Source: Candidatus Krumholzibacteriia bacterium
GTDB lineage: Bacteria > Krumholzibacteriota > Krumholzibacteriia > JAJRXK01
DNA: 64,000 bases
NCBI GenBank assembly: GCA_041484665.1
Contig: JBGPIA010000001.1
Location: forward strand, 320,001-384,000
Direction of reading: 5' to 3'
Shown here: positions 31,183 through 40,205 of the stretch, piece by piece
Position numbering within the stretch: the stretch's first letter is position 1
How the letters are laid out: each line of letters opens with the position of its first letter
The notes under the pieces: generated by a model
The model's database searches: none
What the model saw: only the letters and a program-made list of their open reading frames with translations
Told to the model about the DNA's origin: nothing
Translations under genes and position numbers: made by a program

Positions 31183-31593
31183 TCCCTCTCGGACATCGAC
31201 ATCGATGATGCCTGCCGCGGCCAAGCTACGTCCGCGATCAGCGGTCTGTCCCGGTCAGCGACGCCCGGGCAATCGCGGCTGCTCTGGACGTGGTAACCGC
31301 GGCGCTCGATCGCGGTGGCGAGGTCCTTCTTCGTGCTATCCCGGGAGCCGGAGGAATCGGTGATAGCGACAATGGCGTGAGCGCGAGGAGATAAAACCCT
31401 TCTCGAAGCGGGTGCCGGAAAACGAATCTGCCTCCGGGGGGGAGTAGGGCGGCGACCCGTCGGCTAGTTGCGGGCCGACGGGTCGATCGGTGGAGGTCGT
31501 GCACCCAGCCCCGCGCGTGCTCCGATGGGCTTGGCCGCTCAGCGCGGAAGTAGCTCCCCAGAGCAAACGCGGGTGCTCGGCGACGGGCGCGCG

Positions 31594-32424
31594 CTAGTGC
31601 GCGCGCGTCGTGAACTGCTGGATGGCGGTGTCCGCCTCGAGGACGCCGATCTGCCGCTCGATGAGCTGGCTGTCCTTCTTGGCGACCTCTTCGGCCGTCT
31701 CGGAGCGGTCCTTCATGGCCTGTAGCACGCGGAGCTCGTCGCTGCGGATGTCGACCTGGAGCGACACGATGTCCTGGGCCGACGCCCCCGGCACCCATGG
31801 CTGGGTCAGGCTGTCCCAACGTGTTCGCTTCTTGCCCATCTCGAGCTCCGACTCGAGCGCGAGCATACTCGCGTCTGCGAGCTTTCTGCGCGCCCGCGCT
31901 AGTTCGACCTGACACTCTCGAACCGCGACGAGACGCTCCAGGAGCTTGATGCCGAGCTCCTCCTCCTGCCGCTGTCGGTCCAGCGTCGCGAGCTCCGACT
32001 CGTTTCCTCCCTTCTTCGCGAGGTCGAGCCGAGTTTTGAGCGCGTCAAGCTCCTTCTTCTTGATTTCGAGCGTGGCCTTGGACTGGATGACGTCGCCGCC
32101 AGCTCTCTGCTCGTCGGCCTGGGCCTTCGGCTTCAGAGCGCGTGCGGCGTCCCGATCGCTCTGGATGTCGGCTTCCGGGCGCATGTCCACGATGAGCACG
32201 GGCAATTTGGGCGCTACCGGCACCTGCGTAGGGGCTGTCGTCGTCGCCGTCGGAGGCGCGGTGGCCGGTTGACTCGTCTGCGGCGTCTTCGCCGGAGGCG
32301 GCGGGGAGATCTGGGGTGAGTCCTGAGACTGAACGGCTCCCGCGCTGAGGCATAGGGCGAATCCGGCGGCCGCGGGCCAACCCGCGAATCGGAGCCATCC
32401 CCGAATGATCATGAAGTGTCTCAT
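31594..32424 (-). CDS. Hypothetical secreted coiled-coil protein
   Basis: Signal-like AAAGFALCLSAGAVQS, Pro/Thr linker and long K/E/L-rich helices. GGGAGA RBS. Confidence 0.7.
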   Translation of the reverse strand: MRHFMIIRGWLRFAGWPAAAGFALCLSAGAVQSQDSPQISPPPPAKTPQTSQPATAPPTATTTAPTQVPVAPKLPVLIVDMRPEADIQSDRDAARALKPKAQADEQRAGGDVIQSKATLEIKKKELDALKTRLDLAKKGGNESELATLDRQRQEEELGIKLLERLVAVRECQVELARARRKLADASMLALESELEMGKKRTRWDSLTQPWVPGASAQDIVSLQVDIRSDELRVLQAMKDRSETAEEVAKKDSQLIERQIGVLEADTAIQQFTTRAH

Positions 32425-32763
32425 CGAGTCTCCCTTTCTTCTGGGGCATCTTTGCAGGGTGCTCGGGTCGGTACCTATACGTCAAGGCCCTTGTTCGTGG
32501 GCGGAACTGACCCCAGCACAGGGGTTTGCCCTGGAATTGGACCCTACCGAGGACGTCGAACACCTGGCCGCCAAGTGCCTGACGCCTGCTCGAGCTTCTC
32601 GAGGAGCGTCCGGTAGACGTCGCCCTCACAAAGCGCTAACTGGGGAACAGGCTAGGCCCATGTCCGTTGGCGTTGGGCGGAACCGTCGCGGTGAAGCGGG
32701 GAGCGCTTACTGGGTGCGCTCCTTGAGCGCCTCGCGGAAGGCCGCGACCGCTTCCTCCATGCG

Positions 32764-33020
32764 GCGCGCCCGAACCCGTTCAACCCTTCGACGACGATCG
32801 CCTTCGACCTATCAGAGGCAACTTTTTGAAGCTCACGATCTCCAGCCCCGACAGTCGAGCGGTCAGCACACTCGTCGACGCGAATCTCGATGCCGGAAGT
32901 CACTGGGTGGAATGGGACGGCCGGGATGATACGGCGCGACCACCTGGGTCGGGCATTTACCTGTGCCGACTCGAAGCCGGTGATCGCCTGTACACGAGAA
33001 AGATGGCGCTCACGAAATAA
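32764..33020 (+). pseudogene. Isolated, frameshifted FlgD-Ig-type C-terminal domain
   Basis: ARPNPFNPSTTIAFDL, a frameshift in the T-run near 32823-32827, then LKLTI..LVD..AGSHWVEWDGRD..SGIYLCRLEAG..RKMALTK*. No upstream coding region. Confidence 0.7.
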
Positions 33021-33046
33021 GCTGGTGCCCGGGAGGTATGAGGGCG

Positions 33047-33280
33047 ATCGGGATAGGGGGCAGCGCGCTTTGCCCCGCTGCTCCCCTCCCACACCACCGG
33101 ACATGCGGGTTTGCATCCGGCGGTTCGAAGGGTTGAGGTCATCCGGCCAGCCGGGGCATTCCCAGCTGGTCGAAAAGCGAGTTCGGCAAGGCGATGTGGA
33201 GCTGCATCGCGGAGTTCTTCCACCAGCGGCGGGCGTTGGCGGCGACGTCGTCGGGAGTTCCCCGCCGGCTCCCACGGCCG
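33047..33280 (-). mobile_element. Group II intron 3' remnant (maturase C-terminus, domains V and VI), class IIC-like
   Basis: Minus strand: ..ANARRWWKNS..LPNSLFDQLGMPRLAG* then GAACCGCCGGATGC..GCATGTCCGGTGGTGT (DV, CGC triad), GGGAGGGG..CCCCCTATCCCGAT (DVI and 3' end). Confidence 0.85.
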
Positions 33281-33419
33281 ATCGCCCGGCGCCGGCCCGA
33301 CGGAGCGCCGACCAAGGCCGATAGAATGCCCTTCTGCGTGCCCTGCTCGCCTTGCCCCCGAGGCAGCGCTGGACGTATGTTCACAAACGGCTCCCGTATC
33401 CCTCGTCAGGGAGGCCGCC

Positions 33420-35291
33420 ATGCAGTTGCACCGTGGCGCGCACCACGCCGGATGGTCGCTGGTCGCGCGCTCGCTCGTTCCCGTCGCGTCGCTGCTCATC
33501 CTCTTTCCCGCCCAGGCGATTCCCGATAGCGGGGGACCACGACCGGGCGAGATCGGAATCTTCCTCGACCCACAGGGCATCGAGGCGGCGGGATTGCGCC
33601 CGCAATTCTCGCAGTTCACATACTACGTCGTGGTGCGAAGGCCCCAGCCGGGGATGTCGTCCTGCCGGTTCCGCGTGCCAAGTCCCGCGGGTGCCATCGT
33701 GCTCGAGACAAGGATCGCGGACGGGCTGGTCGACCTCGACCCCAGCGTGGACGGATACGAGCTGGTGCCGGCGGACGGGTGCTTCGAGCCCTCGGGCTCC
33801 ATCGTGCTGGTCACTTGCTTGGCCCTCTTGATCGAGCGCGCATGCTGGGTCGACCTGCTGCCGGCCGATCCGTCGTCCGTATTCCCGGCGAGCCCCACGT
33901 ACACGCCGTGCGGGGAACCGATCGCGCTGCCGCTTCGCCCCAACCCGTGGGTGTGCGAGTACCAGATCCCAGGCTCGCTCATGGTCAACAACGGGTGCTT
34001 GCTCGGTGCGTACATTTTTACCTATGCCGTCGTCACACCGACGACCGCCGGCCTGCCGGGGGATCGCGTCACCGTCCCGCTGACCGCGTTCACCGGGACC
34101 CAGCTCGACAAGGCGAACTGCTCGCCGCCGCTGAGCATCGCCCAGATCGAGGTCTCGGTGGAATGGGACAGCACCGCGGCAAGCCTGGAGTGGGTCGACC
34201 GGGCTGCCGCGACGCAGCACTGGCAGCTCAGCCATGAAGTGCTACGTCCGGGAAAGCTGCGGGCCTCCCTGGACCGCGGCCAGGAGCCGCCCCTGCTGGC
34301 CACCGGCCGCGACATCCTCGAGCTGGGCTTCCTGCTCGCCGACCACAGCGCCTGGACCGGAGTGAACTGCGTCGTCCTGCATGCGGCCGACGAGCACGGC
34401 GAGAACTGTACGGGTGGCTGGGAACTCGGCCAGATCTTCGTGGGTTGTGAGAGCGGCGATGTCACGGCAGATCGGCAGGTGAACGCCGGGGACGCCACGG
34501 TCGCGTTGCAGATGCAGCAGGGTCGGCGGGCGCTGCACTATACAGACCTCTGCGCCGGCGACATGGACGGCGACTGGGCACTGGACCTGCGCGACGTGCA
34601 CAACCTGCTCCGGCGCGCCATCGGCGCCCCGCTGAACCGGAGCGATCCACTCGACCCGCCGTTGCCTGCGCCACCGTCGAATCCGTTGAGTGTCACTCTC
34701 ACGGTGCGAGAAGTACACGCGTTCCAGGCGACGCTGCAATTCGATCCTCAGGCGCTGCAATTCAATCGTGCGGTCCCGGCGAGCGGTGTCCTCGAAACCC
34801 ATCTCGCATCCCCGGGACTGCTCAGACTCGCGGATGCACTGCCGGCCAGCGGCGACCGGAGCATCGAGGTGACCTTCGCTGTGATCGGGCCCGTCAGCCC
34901 GGTTCGCCTGGTCGGCCTGCGGGGCTTCGACGCCGACGGCCACGAACGGTCGGTGCCGTTCTCGTTCCCCGACGGCACCGTCGCGGTGGACCCACCACCG
35001 AGTGAAGCACAGCGCACGAGGCTGCTCCCGGCAGCGCCCAATCCGTTCAATCCGCGGACGCAGATCCGATTCATGCTCGCGACGGGGGGAGACGCGGGGT
35101 TGCGCATCTTCGACGCAGCGGGCCGGGAGGTGCAGTCGCTACGAATCCCGGGGCTCGCCCCGGGCCTGCACGAGGTGGGTTGGGACGGCCGCGACGGACA
35201 GGGACAGTTGCTGGGCAGCGGCGTATACCGCGTCCAGCTGCTCGCGCCTGGAGGCGAAGCTTCCGTGCAGAGCGTCGTGCTGTTGAAGTAG
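33420..35291 (+). CDS. Secreted modular protein: unknown N-domain, cohesin-like, dockerin, cohesin-like, FlgD-Ig CTD
   Basis: ATG after GGGAGG and signal peptide (PAQA). GDVTADRQVNAGD and GDMDGDWALDLRD are paired Ca-binding loops. FQATLQFDP is cohesin-like. PNPFNP..WDGRD..SGVY C-terminus. Confidence 0.75.
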   Translation: MQLHRGAHHAGWSLVARSLVPVASLLILFPAQAIPDSGGPRPGEIGIFLDPQGIEAAGLRPQFSQFTYYVVVRRPQPGMSSCRFRVPSPAGAIVLETRIADGLVDLDPSVDGYELVPADGCFEPSGSIVLVTCLALLIERACWVDLLPADPSSVFPASPTYTPCGEPIALPLRPNPWVCEYQIPGSLMVNNGCLLGAYIFTYAVVTPTTAGLPGDRVTVPLTAFTGTQLDKANCSPPLSIAQIEVSVEWDSTAASLEWVDRAAATQHWQLSHEVLRPGKLRASLDRGQEPPLLATGRDILELGFLLADHSAWTGVNCVVLHAADEHGENCTGGWELGQIFVGCESGDVTADRQVNAGDATVALQMQQGRRALHYTDLCAGDMDGDWALDLRDVHNLLRRAIGAPLNRSDPLDPPLPAPPSNPLSVTLTVREVHAFQATLQFDPQALQFNRAVPASGVLETHLASPGLLRLADALPASGDRSIEVTFAVIGPVSPVRLVGLRGFDADGHERSVPFSFPDGTVAVDPPPSEAQRTRLLPAAPNPFNPRTQIRFMLATGGDAGLRIFDAAGREVQSLRIPGLAPGLHEVGWDGRDGQGQLLGSGVYRVQLLAPGGEASVQSVVLLK

Positions 35292-35424
35292 AGTGTCGGG
35301 CGCAGCGGTCCGCAGCGGTGCCTGGCGCGGTCGGGACGCACGACGGGTGGGGCGAACCGACTTGGCCGTCGGCGATGGACGCTCGCTCCGATCGGACCCG
35401 CAGGCACGGAGCCGTAAGGGACCC

Positions 35425-36603
35425 TCAGGGAGCCCTGCGCACCCACTCCTCCACCCACTCGACCTTCGCCTGGTACTGCTCTGCGCTGGGCGTCTGGCCG
35501 GCCATGCTCGGGTGCGGGACCGCGAAGAACTCGCCCTCGCCCTTCACCGCCAGGCCGGCGCCCAGCTCGATGTAGCAGTAGCCCTTGCCGTCGAACTTCG
35601 CTTGCGCCGGTTTGCCCAGCACGTTCGCGGCGATCTGGGCGGCGACGATCTCGCCTTGCGCCTGCGCGAAGACCGCGGCCTTGGGCAGCGCGAGGGGCAG
35701 CTCCGGCCGGAAGCGGCCGGGCAGCGGCACGCCGCACACGTCGCCAATGGCGAAGCAGGGCCGGCTGGGGCCCCGCATCTGCAGCGTGGCCGGGTCCACG
35801 GGGATCCACCCACTCTCCGCGGTGAGGCCGCTATGCCGCACGGCGCGCGGCGGCTCGTGGGGGGGAATCGCGATCAGCAGGTCGTAGCGCACGGTGCTGC
35901 CGTCCTCGAACTCCACGACGCGCTGGGCCGCATTGACGGCCTTGGTCTTCTTGACGTTGTGCAAGGTGATGCCGCGCTCGGCCAGCGCGCTGCGGATGAA
36001 TTGGCCCATCTGCGGGCCGGCGGTCGCCATGGGAGCGCCCTCCACGGTGTGCAGCGAGATGCGCACCTTGTCCCCCAGCCCGCGCTGGTTGAAGTGGTGG
36101 CGCAGCAGCATGGCCGCCTCGTAGGGCCCGGGGGGGCACTTGAACGGTGTGCGTGGAATCAGCAGAACGATCTCGCCGCCATTGAATTCGCGCAGCCGCT
36201 CGCGCAGGTCCAGGGCGCCCTGCAACGCGTAGAACGTGGACGCGGCACGTTGCAAGCCCGGCACCGCGCCCATGTTGAGGTTCGCTCCCAGGGCGATCAC
36301 CAGATGGTCGCCATGGAGGTGCTCCTGCTCGGTGAACACCTCGCCCCGGTCGGGGTCGATGCGCGTTACGTCGGCCGCGAGCAACTCCACGCCTAAAGCA
36401 AGCAGCGACTCCACGCGCCGCGAGATCTGCTCGGGGGTGCGCAGCCCGAGCATGACCCACGTCTTGCCCGCGCCGATCAGCACGGTCGGGGACTTTTCCA
36501 CCACCACGATGCGGTGCTGCGCGGGCAGCGCACGTCGCAGCGTATTGGCCGCTGCGATGCCGCCCGGCCCGGCCCCGAGGATCAGTGTTGTGGTTGCGCG
36601 CAT
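35425..36603 (-). CDS. Sulfide:quinone oxidoreductase-like FAD-dependent oxidoreductase
   Basis: ILGAGPGG, LVIALGA, KCPPGPYE, GWIPVD, FAIGD, LPKAAVFA and GYCYIELG motifs. Confidence 0.82.
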   Translation of the reverse strand: MRATTTLILGAGPGGIAAANTLRRALPAQHRIVVVEKSPTVLIGAGKTWVMLGLRTPEQISRRVESLLALGVELLAADVTRIDPDRGEVFTEQEHLHGDHLVIALGANLNMGAVPGLQRAASTFYALQGALDLRERLREFNGGEIVLLIPRTPFKCPPGPYEAAMLLRHHFNQRGLGDKVRISLHTVEGAPMATAGPQMGQFIRSALAERGITLHNVKKTKAVNAAQRVVEFEDGSTVRYDLLIAIPPHEPPRAVRHSGLTAESGWIPVDPATLQMRGPSRPCFAIGDVCGVPLPGRFRPELPLALPKAAVFAQAQGEIVAAQIAANVLGKPAQAKFDGKGYCYIELGAGLAVKGEGEFFAVPHPSMAGQTPSAEQYQAKVEWVEEWVRRAP

Positions 36604-36733
36604 GGTGATCTCCTGTGGAGTGGCTCGGGGTGGCTTCGCCGACCACCACATTTCATCCCGTGGGCCGCCGCGGGGCAAGCGTTTCGGTGGTCGGGGCGCG
36701 AGCGTCTTACGGCTGGCGCCTCGCGGCGTGCGC

Positions 36734-37786
36734 TCACGGCTCGACCCGCGAGGTCCGGTCGGGCTCTCCCAGCCCGTCCGGCCGGTCCGGCCCCTGTGGC
36801 CCGTCCGGGCCGTTTTGCGCCTCCTGCGCTGCCTCCTCCCCAGGCTCGAGCTCGGCCAGCGGCGCGTTGCTCAACCGCATGCCGGCGCGCGCCAGCAGGA
36901 AGATCCCCAGCCCTGTGACCGGCAACGTCACGAGCGCGTGGAACAGCAAGGTCGACGACACGGCCAGGCTGTGCGGGACCTCGTGCAGGCTGAGGGCCCC
37001 CAGCGCGCCCAGCTCCAGGGTTCCCAGCGCACCTGGAGCGGATGGCAGCGCCCCCGCGAGGTTCATCGCGGCCACCGTGAGCGCAAGAGCCGGCAGCGGC
37101 AGCGCGAGCCCCAGGGCCCGCTGGGCGCCCGTCAGCAAGACCAGCTGGCCGCCAATCGAGAGCGCTCCCCACGCCACGATCTGCACGATCGCCAGCGGCC
37201 TCCCCAACGCCAGGCTCCCGGTGCGGACACGGGCCAGCAGCGACCGCAGCCGGCCGCCGGCCTCAGGCTGCGGGCGCCGCACCACCAGCAGCAGCCCCAG
37301 CAAGACCAGCAGGCAGCCGGCCAGCAGCACCGGAGCGGCGCGGTCGAACCAGGGCAGCGAGCCCGAGCGCGCCAGCGCCACGATTCCGATCGTCACGAAG
37401 AGCACGCCGTTGGCCAGGATCTCCACCAACACGGTGGCTAGCACCGGGACCACGTCGCGGCGCGCCTCCAGCGCAACGACGCTGGCGCGGAAAGGCTCCC
37501 CGATGCGCCCCGGCAGCAGGTTGTTGACGGTGAGGCCGAGCACCACCGCGCGCGTCACACTCCACACCGAGAGCGGTCCACTGACCGCGAGCAGCACGCG
37601 CCACATGAGCGCCTTGCCGATCACGGTCACCGCCAGCCCGCTCACGCCGAACAGGACCCAGTCCAACCGCGCGCCCCGCAGCAGCGTAAGCACCGCAGCC
37701 CAGTCGGTGCGGCGCAGCAGCGCGACCAGAAGCAGCATCGAGAGCAGGCTGCACGCCAGGCCCACACGGACCTGACGGCGCCTCAT
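36734..37786 (-). CDS. Lysylphosphatidylglycerol synthase TM-domain (UPF0104 / flippase-like) protein
   Basis: NNLLPGRIGEPFRA and LPSAPGALGTLE motifs, multiple TM helices. Start approximate. Confidence 0.82.
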   Translation of the reverse strand: MRRRQVRVGLACSLLSMLLLVALLRRTDWAAVLTLLRGARLDWVLFGVSGLAVTVIGKALMWRVLLAVSGPLSVWSVTRAVVLGLTVNNLLPGRIGEPFRASVVALEARRDVVPVLATVLVEILANGVLFVTIGIVALARSGSLPWFDRAAPVLLAGCLLVLLGLLLVVRRPQPEAGGRLRSLLARVRTGSLALGRPLAIVQIVAWGALSIGGQLVLLTGAQRALGLALPLPALALTVAAMNLAGALPSAPGALGTLELGALGALSLHEVPHSLAVSSTLLFHALVTLPVTGLGIFLLARAGMRLSNAPLAELEPGEEAAQEAQNGPDGPQGPDRPDGLGEPDRTSRVEP

Positions 37787-38076
37787 GCCGCGCAAGCGGT
37801 GCCGCGCGCGCATCGTATGGAAATGGCGGTCCTGGCGAATGATCAGCCCCGCGGTCGGAAGATCAGCAGTGATGCCGCTTTCGCCAACGGCCACCCACAT
37901 CTGCGTCGTGCGCGCTCGCGCTGGGCAGGACGGGCCGATTCTCGCGGCGGACCCCCGAACGTTCCGGCAGGGGGGTCGCCCCTGCCGAGAATGTAGGGGG
38001 GACGCGGGCCCAGATCCAGCCTTCGCGGCGCCGCAGCGTTCAAAGTGCGAAGGCGTCCGCGGGCAGCAGGCGCGAG

Positions 38077-38766
38077 CTAGCGGTACAGCCCCTTCACCGT
38101 CCCCCAGCTGTCGCGCTGGCCGGGGATCGGCGGCGTGAGCGTGGGATTGACGACTGCACAGCCAGGCGGGTAGTGCCCCGCCGGATCGCGTTGGGCGAGA
38201 GCGAAGGGACGGATCTCGTCGCAGGGCGGCGCGGGAGCCCACGCAGGCAGCCCCGACCCAGGCAATGACGACGGTACAGAGGGCCCCAGACAGATGAGCA
38301 GATCCGTCCCACCGGACTGGGCGACCCGGATGTCGTACTCGACGAAAACAATGGGGTCGCCCCCAGGAGGCAGAATGCCCGCCAGCCCGATCAGCCAGTT
38401 GTCCCGTCCAGCTGCGACGTCGAACCAGCTGGGATCGCCCAGCCGCACGTCCACCACCTCGAGTGCAGAGTCGAGGGCGAGACTGAATTCCGTACCGTAG
38501 ATCCCACAGGTCGGGACCCGGGCCGCGACGTAGAACGTGTGCACCTCACCGGGCGCCAGTTGAAGGGTCGAGACCGTGGCCCCCGGATCGAAATAGACGC
38601 CAATCTCGGCAAACTCGCGCTGAACGCTCGCCGCGCTCGCCCCCGTCGGAGCGCAGACCGTGGACGATAACAGTAGGAAGAGCTCTGGAACGAGCCAGCG
38701 CCTGCGGTGGACTGCCGTGGCGATGTCCCCCGGCTCGGGTGTGCAGGAGTGCGGAGCCTTACGCAT
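38077..38766 (-). CDS. Secreted hypothetical protein with C-terminal SWGTVKGLYR tail
   Basis: Signal-like LFLLLSSTVCAPTGASA, EIGVYFD domain, ends RDSWGTVKGLYR*. Start uncertain. Confidence 0.7.
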   Translation of the reverse strand: MRKAPHSCTPEPGDIATAVHRRRWLVPELFLLLSSTVCAPTGASAASVQREFAEIGVYFDPGATVSTLQLAPGEVHTFYVAARVPTCGIYGTEFSLALDSALEVVDVRLGDPSWFDVAAGRDNWLIGLAGILPPGGDPIVFVEYDIRVAQSGGTDLLICLGPSVPSSLPGSGLPAWAPAPPCDEIRPFALAQRDPAGHYPPGCAVVNPTLTPPIPGQRDSWGTVKGLYR

Positions 38767-38833
38767 CGTATCATACCAGGCGGGTGCCATACCGTCCAGG
38801 CGCCACCCTCTGCGGGCACCGGCAGCCGTCCCG

Positions 38834-39325
38834 CTAGCGGGCCCTGGCCGTGAGTACATACAGCCCGGCCCACGCCAGATCGCCCAGCGCAAAGCACACG
38901 TACGGCCCGGGCGCGACCGGCCGTTGCCATGTCACCAACACGCCGATCGCGACTCCACCGACGAGCCGCAGCGCGATGGAGAGCCGCACGAGCTCAGGAT
39001 GCCGCCCGGGATCGATCGCTGCCGATAGGTAGACGAGGGGCAGCATCAGCAGCGGGAGCGCGGCCAGCCGGAACAAGAACGGCTCCGCCGGCAGCGGATG
39101 ACGCCACAGCGACAGCAACCACGGCGGCATCCAGATCAGCAGCGCGAAGGCCAGCAGGTCGTAGGCGGCCGAGAGCCGCAGGACGCTCGAGAGCCTGCGC
39201 GCGGGCAGCGCGGGATGCTCGGGCGGGACGGGAGGCGCGGGCGGCCCAGTGGACCCGGCGGGCGCGACCCGGCCCGCCGGCGCCCCAGGCGCCGACCGCC
39301 GCGATTCAGCGTTTCGAGCCGCCAC
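38834..39325 (-). CDS. Small integral membrane protein (about 4 TM)
   Basis: GTG after GGAGG overlapping the upstream gene end. Hydrophobic segments AAYDLLAFALLIW and LAALPLLMLPLVY. Confidence 0.6.
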   Translation of the reverse strand: MAARNAESRRSAPGAPAGRVAPAGSTGPPAPPVPPEHPALPARRLSSVLRLSAAYDLLAFALLIWMPPWLLSLWRHPLPAEPFLFRLAALPLLMLPLVYLSAAIDPGRHPELVRLSIALRLVGGVAIGVLVTWQRPVAPGPYVCFALGDLAWAGLYVLTARAR

Positions 39326-40193
39326 GCGCGGCACCTCCGACTCCGGCGGCGAACCGGATGATCTCGTCCATCGCTTCTTCCCAGGCCTGCTCCGACGTGC
39401 GGCCGCTGCGCCTTGGAACCTCGAGGCTGTGATCGCCCTCCTCGATCCAGTGCACGTGAGCCGGAGCGCCCAGCCGCAGAACCGCCTTCTCCAGCAGCGC
39501 TGGCTCGGCCAGGGTATCGCGCGTTCCACTGATGAACAGTGACGGCACACCGACGCGGCTGAAGTGATCGGCGCGCAGCTCTTGCGGCGTGCCTGGCCGG
39601 TGCAGCGGATAGCCCAGCAGCACCAGCCCCGCGCACGGAGGCGCATCGGTCTCGGCCGCGAGCATCGTCGCGACGCGGCCGCCCATCGACTTTCCGCCCA
39701 GCAGCAGTCGTCCATTGGCGGGCAGGCCGCGCATGGCGCGAGCGGCGACCGTTCGCAGCTGCTCGACCAGTGCGGGCGCGCGATCGGGCAATCGCCGCCC
39801 CTGCTCCATGTAGGCGAAGTTGAAGACCACGGTCGCCAAACCTCGCCGCGCAAGCCCGTGGGCGAAGGCCTGCATGAAGTCGCTGTGCATCGGCGCACCC
39901 GCGCCGTGGGCGAGCACCAGCCGCAGATGCTGCAGCTGCGCCCCCAAGGCCCCTGGCTCCGCTCCGCTGGTGCCGGTGGCACCGGTGGATGGGCGGGTGG
40001 TCTTGGCGCGCGCTGCCTTGGCGGGCGCGGCCGCGCCGCCCCGGGGCGTGCTGCGCCGCGTCGCGTTGAGCAAAGTGGTGCTGCGCGGAACTGCGCGGGG
40101 CTGCGCTGCGCTGCGTGGTGCCGCAGGCTCGTGCAGCTCGCAGCGCGTGCGGACGCCTACGGGCAATCCAACGGTGAAGCGGCGCACGGGCAT
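39306..40193 (-). CDS. Alpha/beta hydrolase (KANL3/Tex30-like)
   Basis: VLAHGAGAPMHSDFM, FNFAYM, GGKSMGGR nucleophile elbow, LGYPLH, GTRD and GDHS. Confidence 0.88.
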   Translation of the reverse strand: MPVRRFTVGLPVGVRTRCELHEPAAPRSAAQPRAVPRSTTLLNATRRSTPRGGAAAPAKAARAKTTRPSTGATGTSGAEPGALGAQLQHLRLVLAHGAGAPMHSDFMQAFAHGLARRGLATVVFNFAYMEQGRRLPDRAPALVEQLRTVAARAMRGLPANGRLLLGGKSMGGRVATMLAAETDAPPCAGLVLLGYPLHRPGTPQELRADHFSRVGVPSLFISGTRDTLAEPALLEKAVLRLGAPAHVHWIEEGDHSLEVPRRSGRTSEQAWEEAMDEIIRFAAGVGGAARGGSKR

Positions 40194-40205
40194 GGCGGCA
40201 GGCCC

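Noticed and set aside
30094..31372. Candidate IS terminal inverted repeats near 30095 and 31355
   Set aside because: Complementarity is too weak to call by eye, and no target-site duplication is visible.
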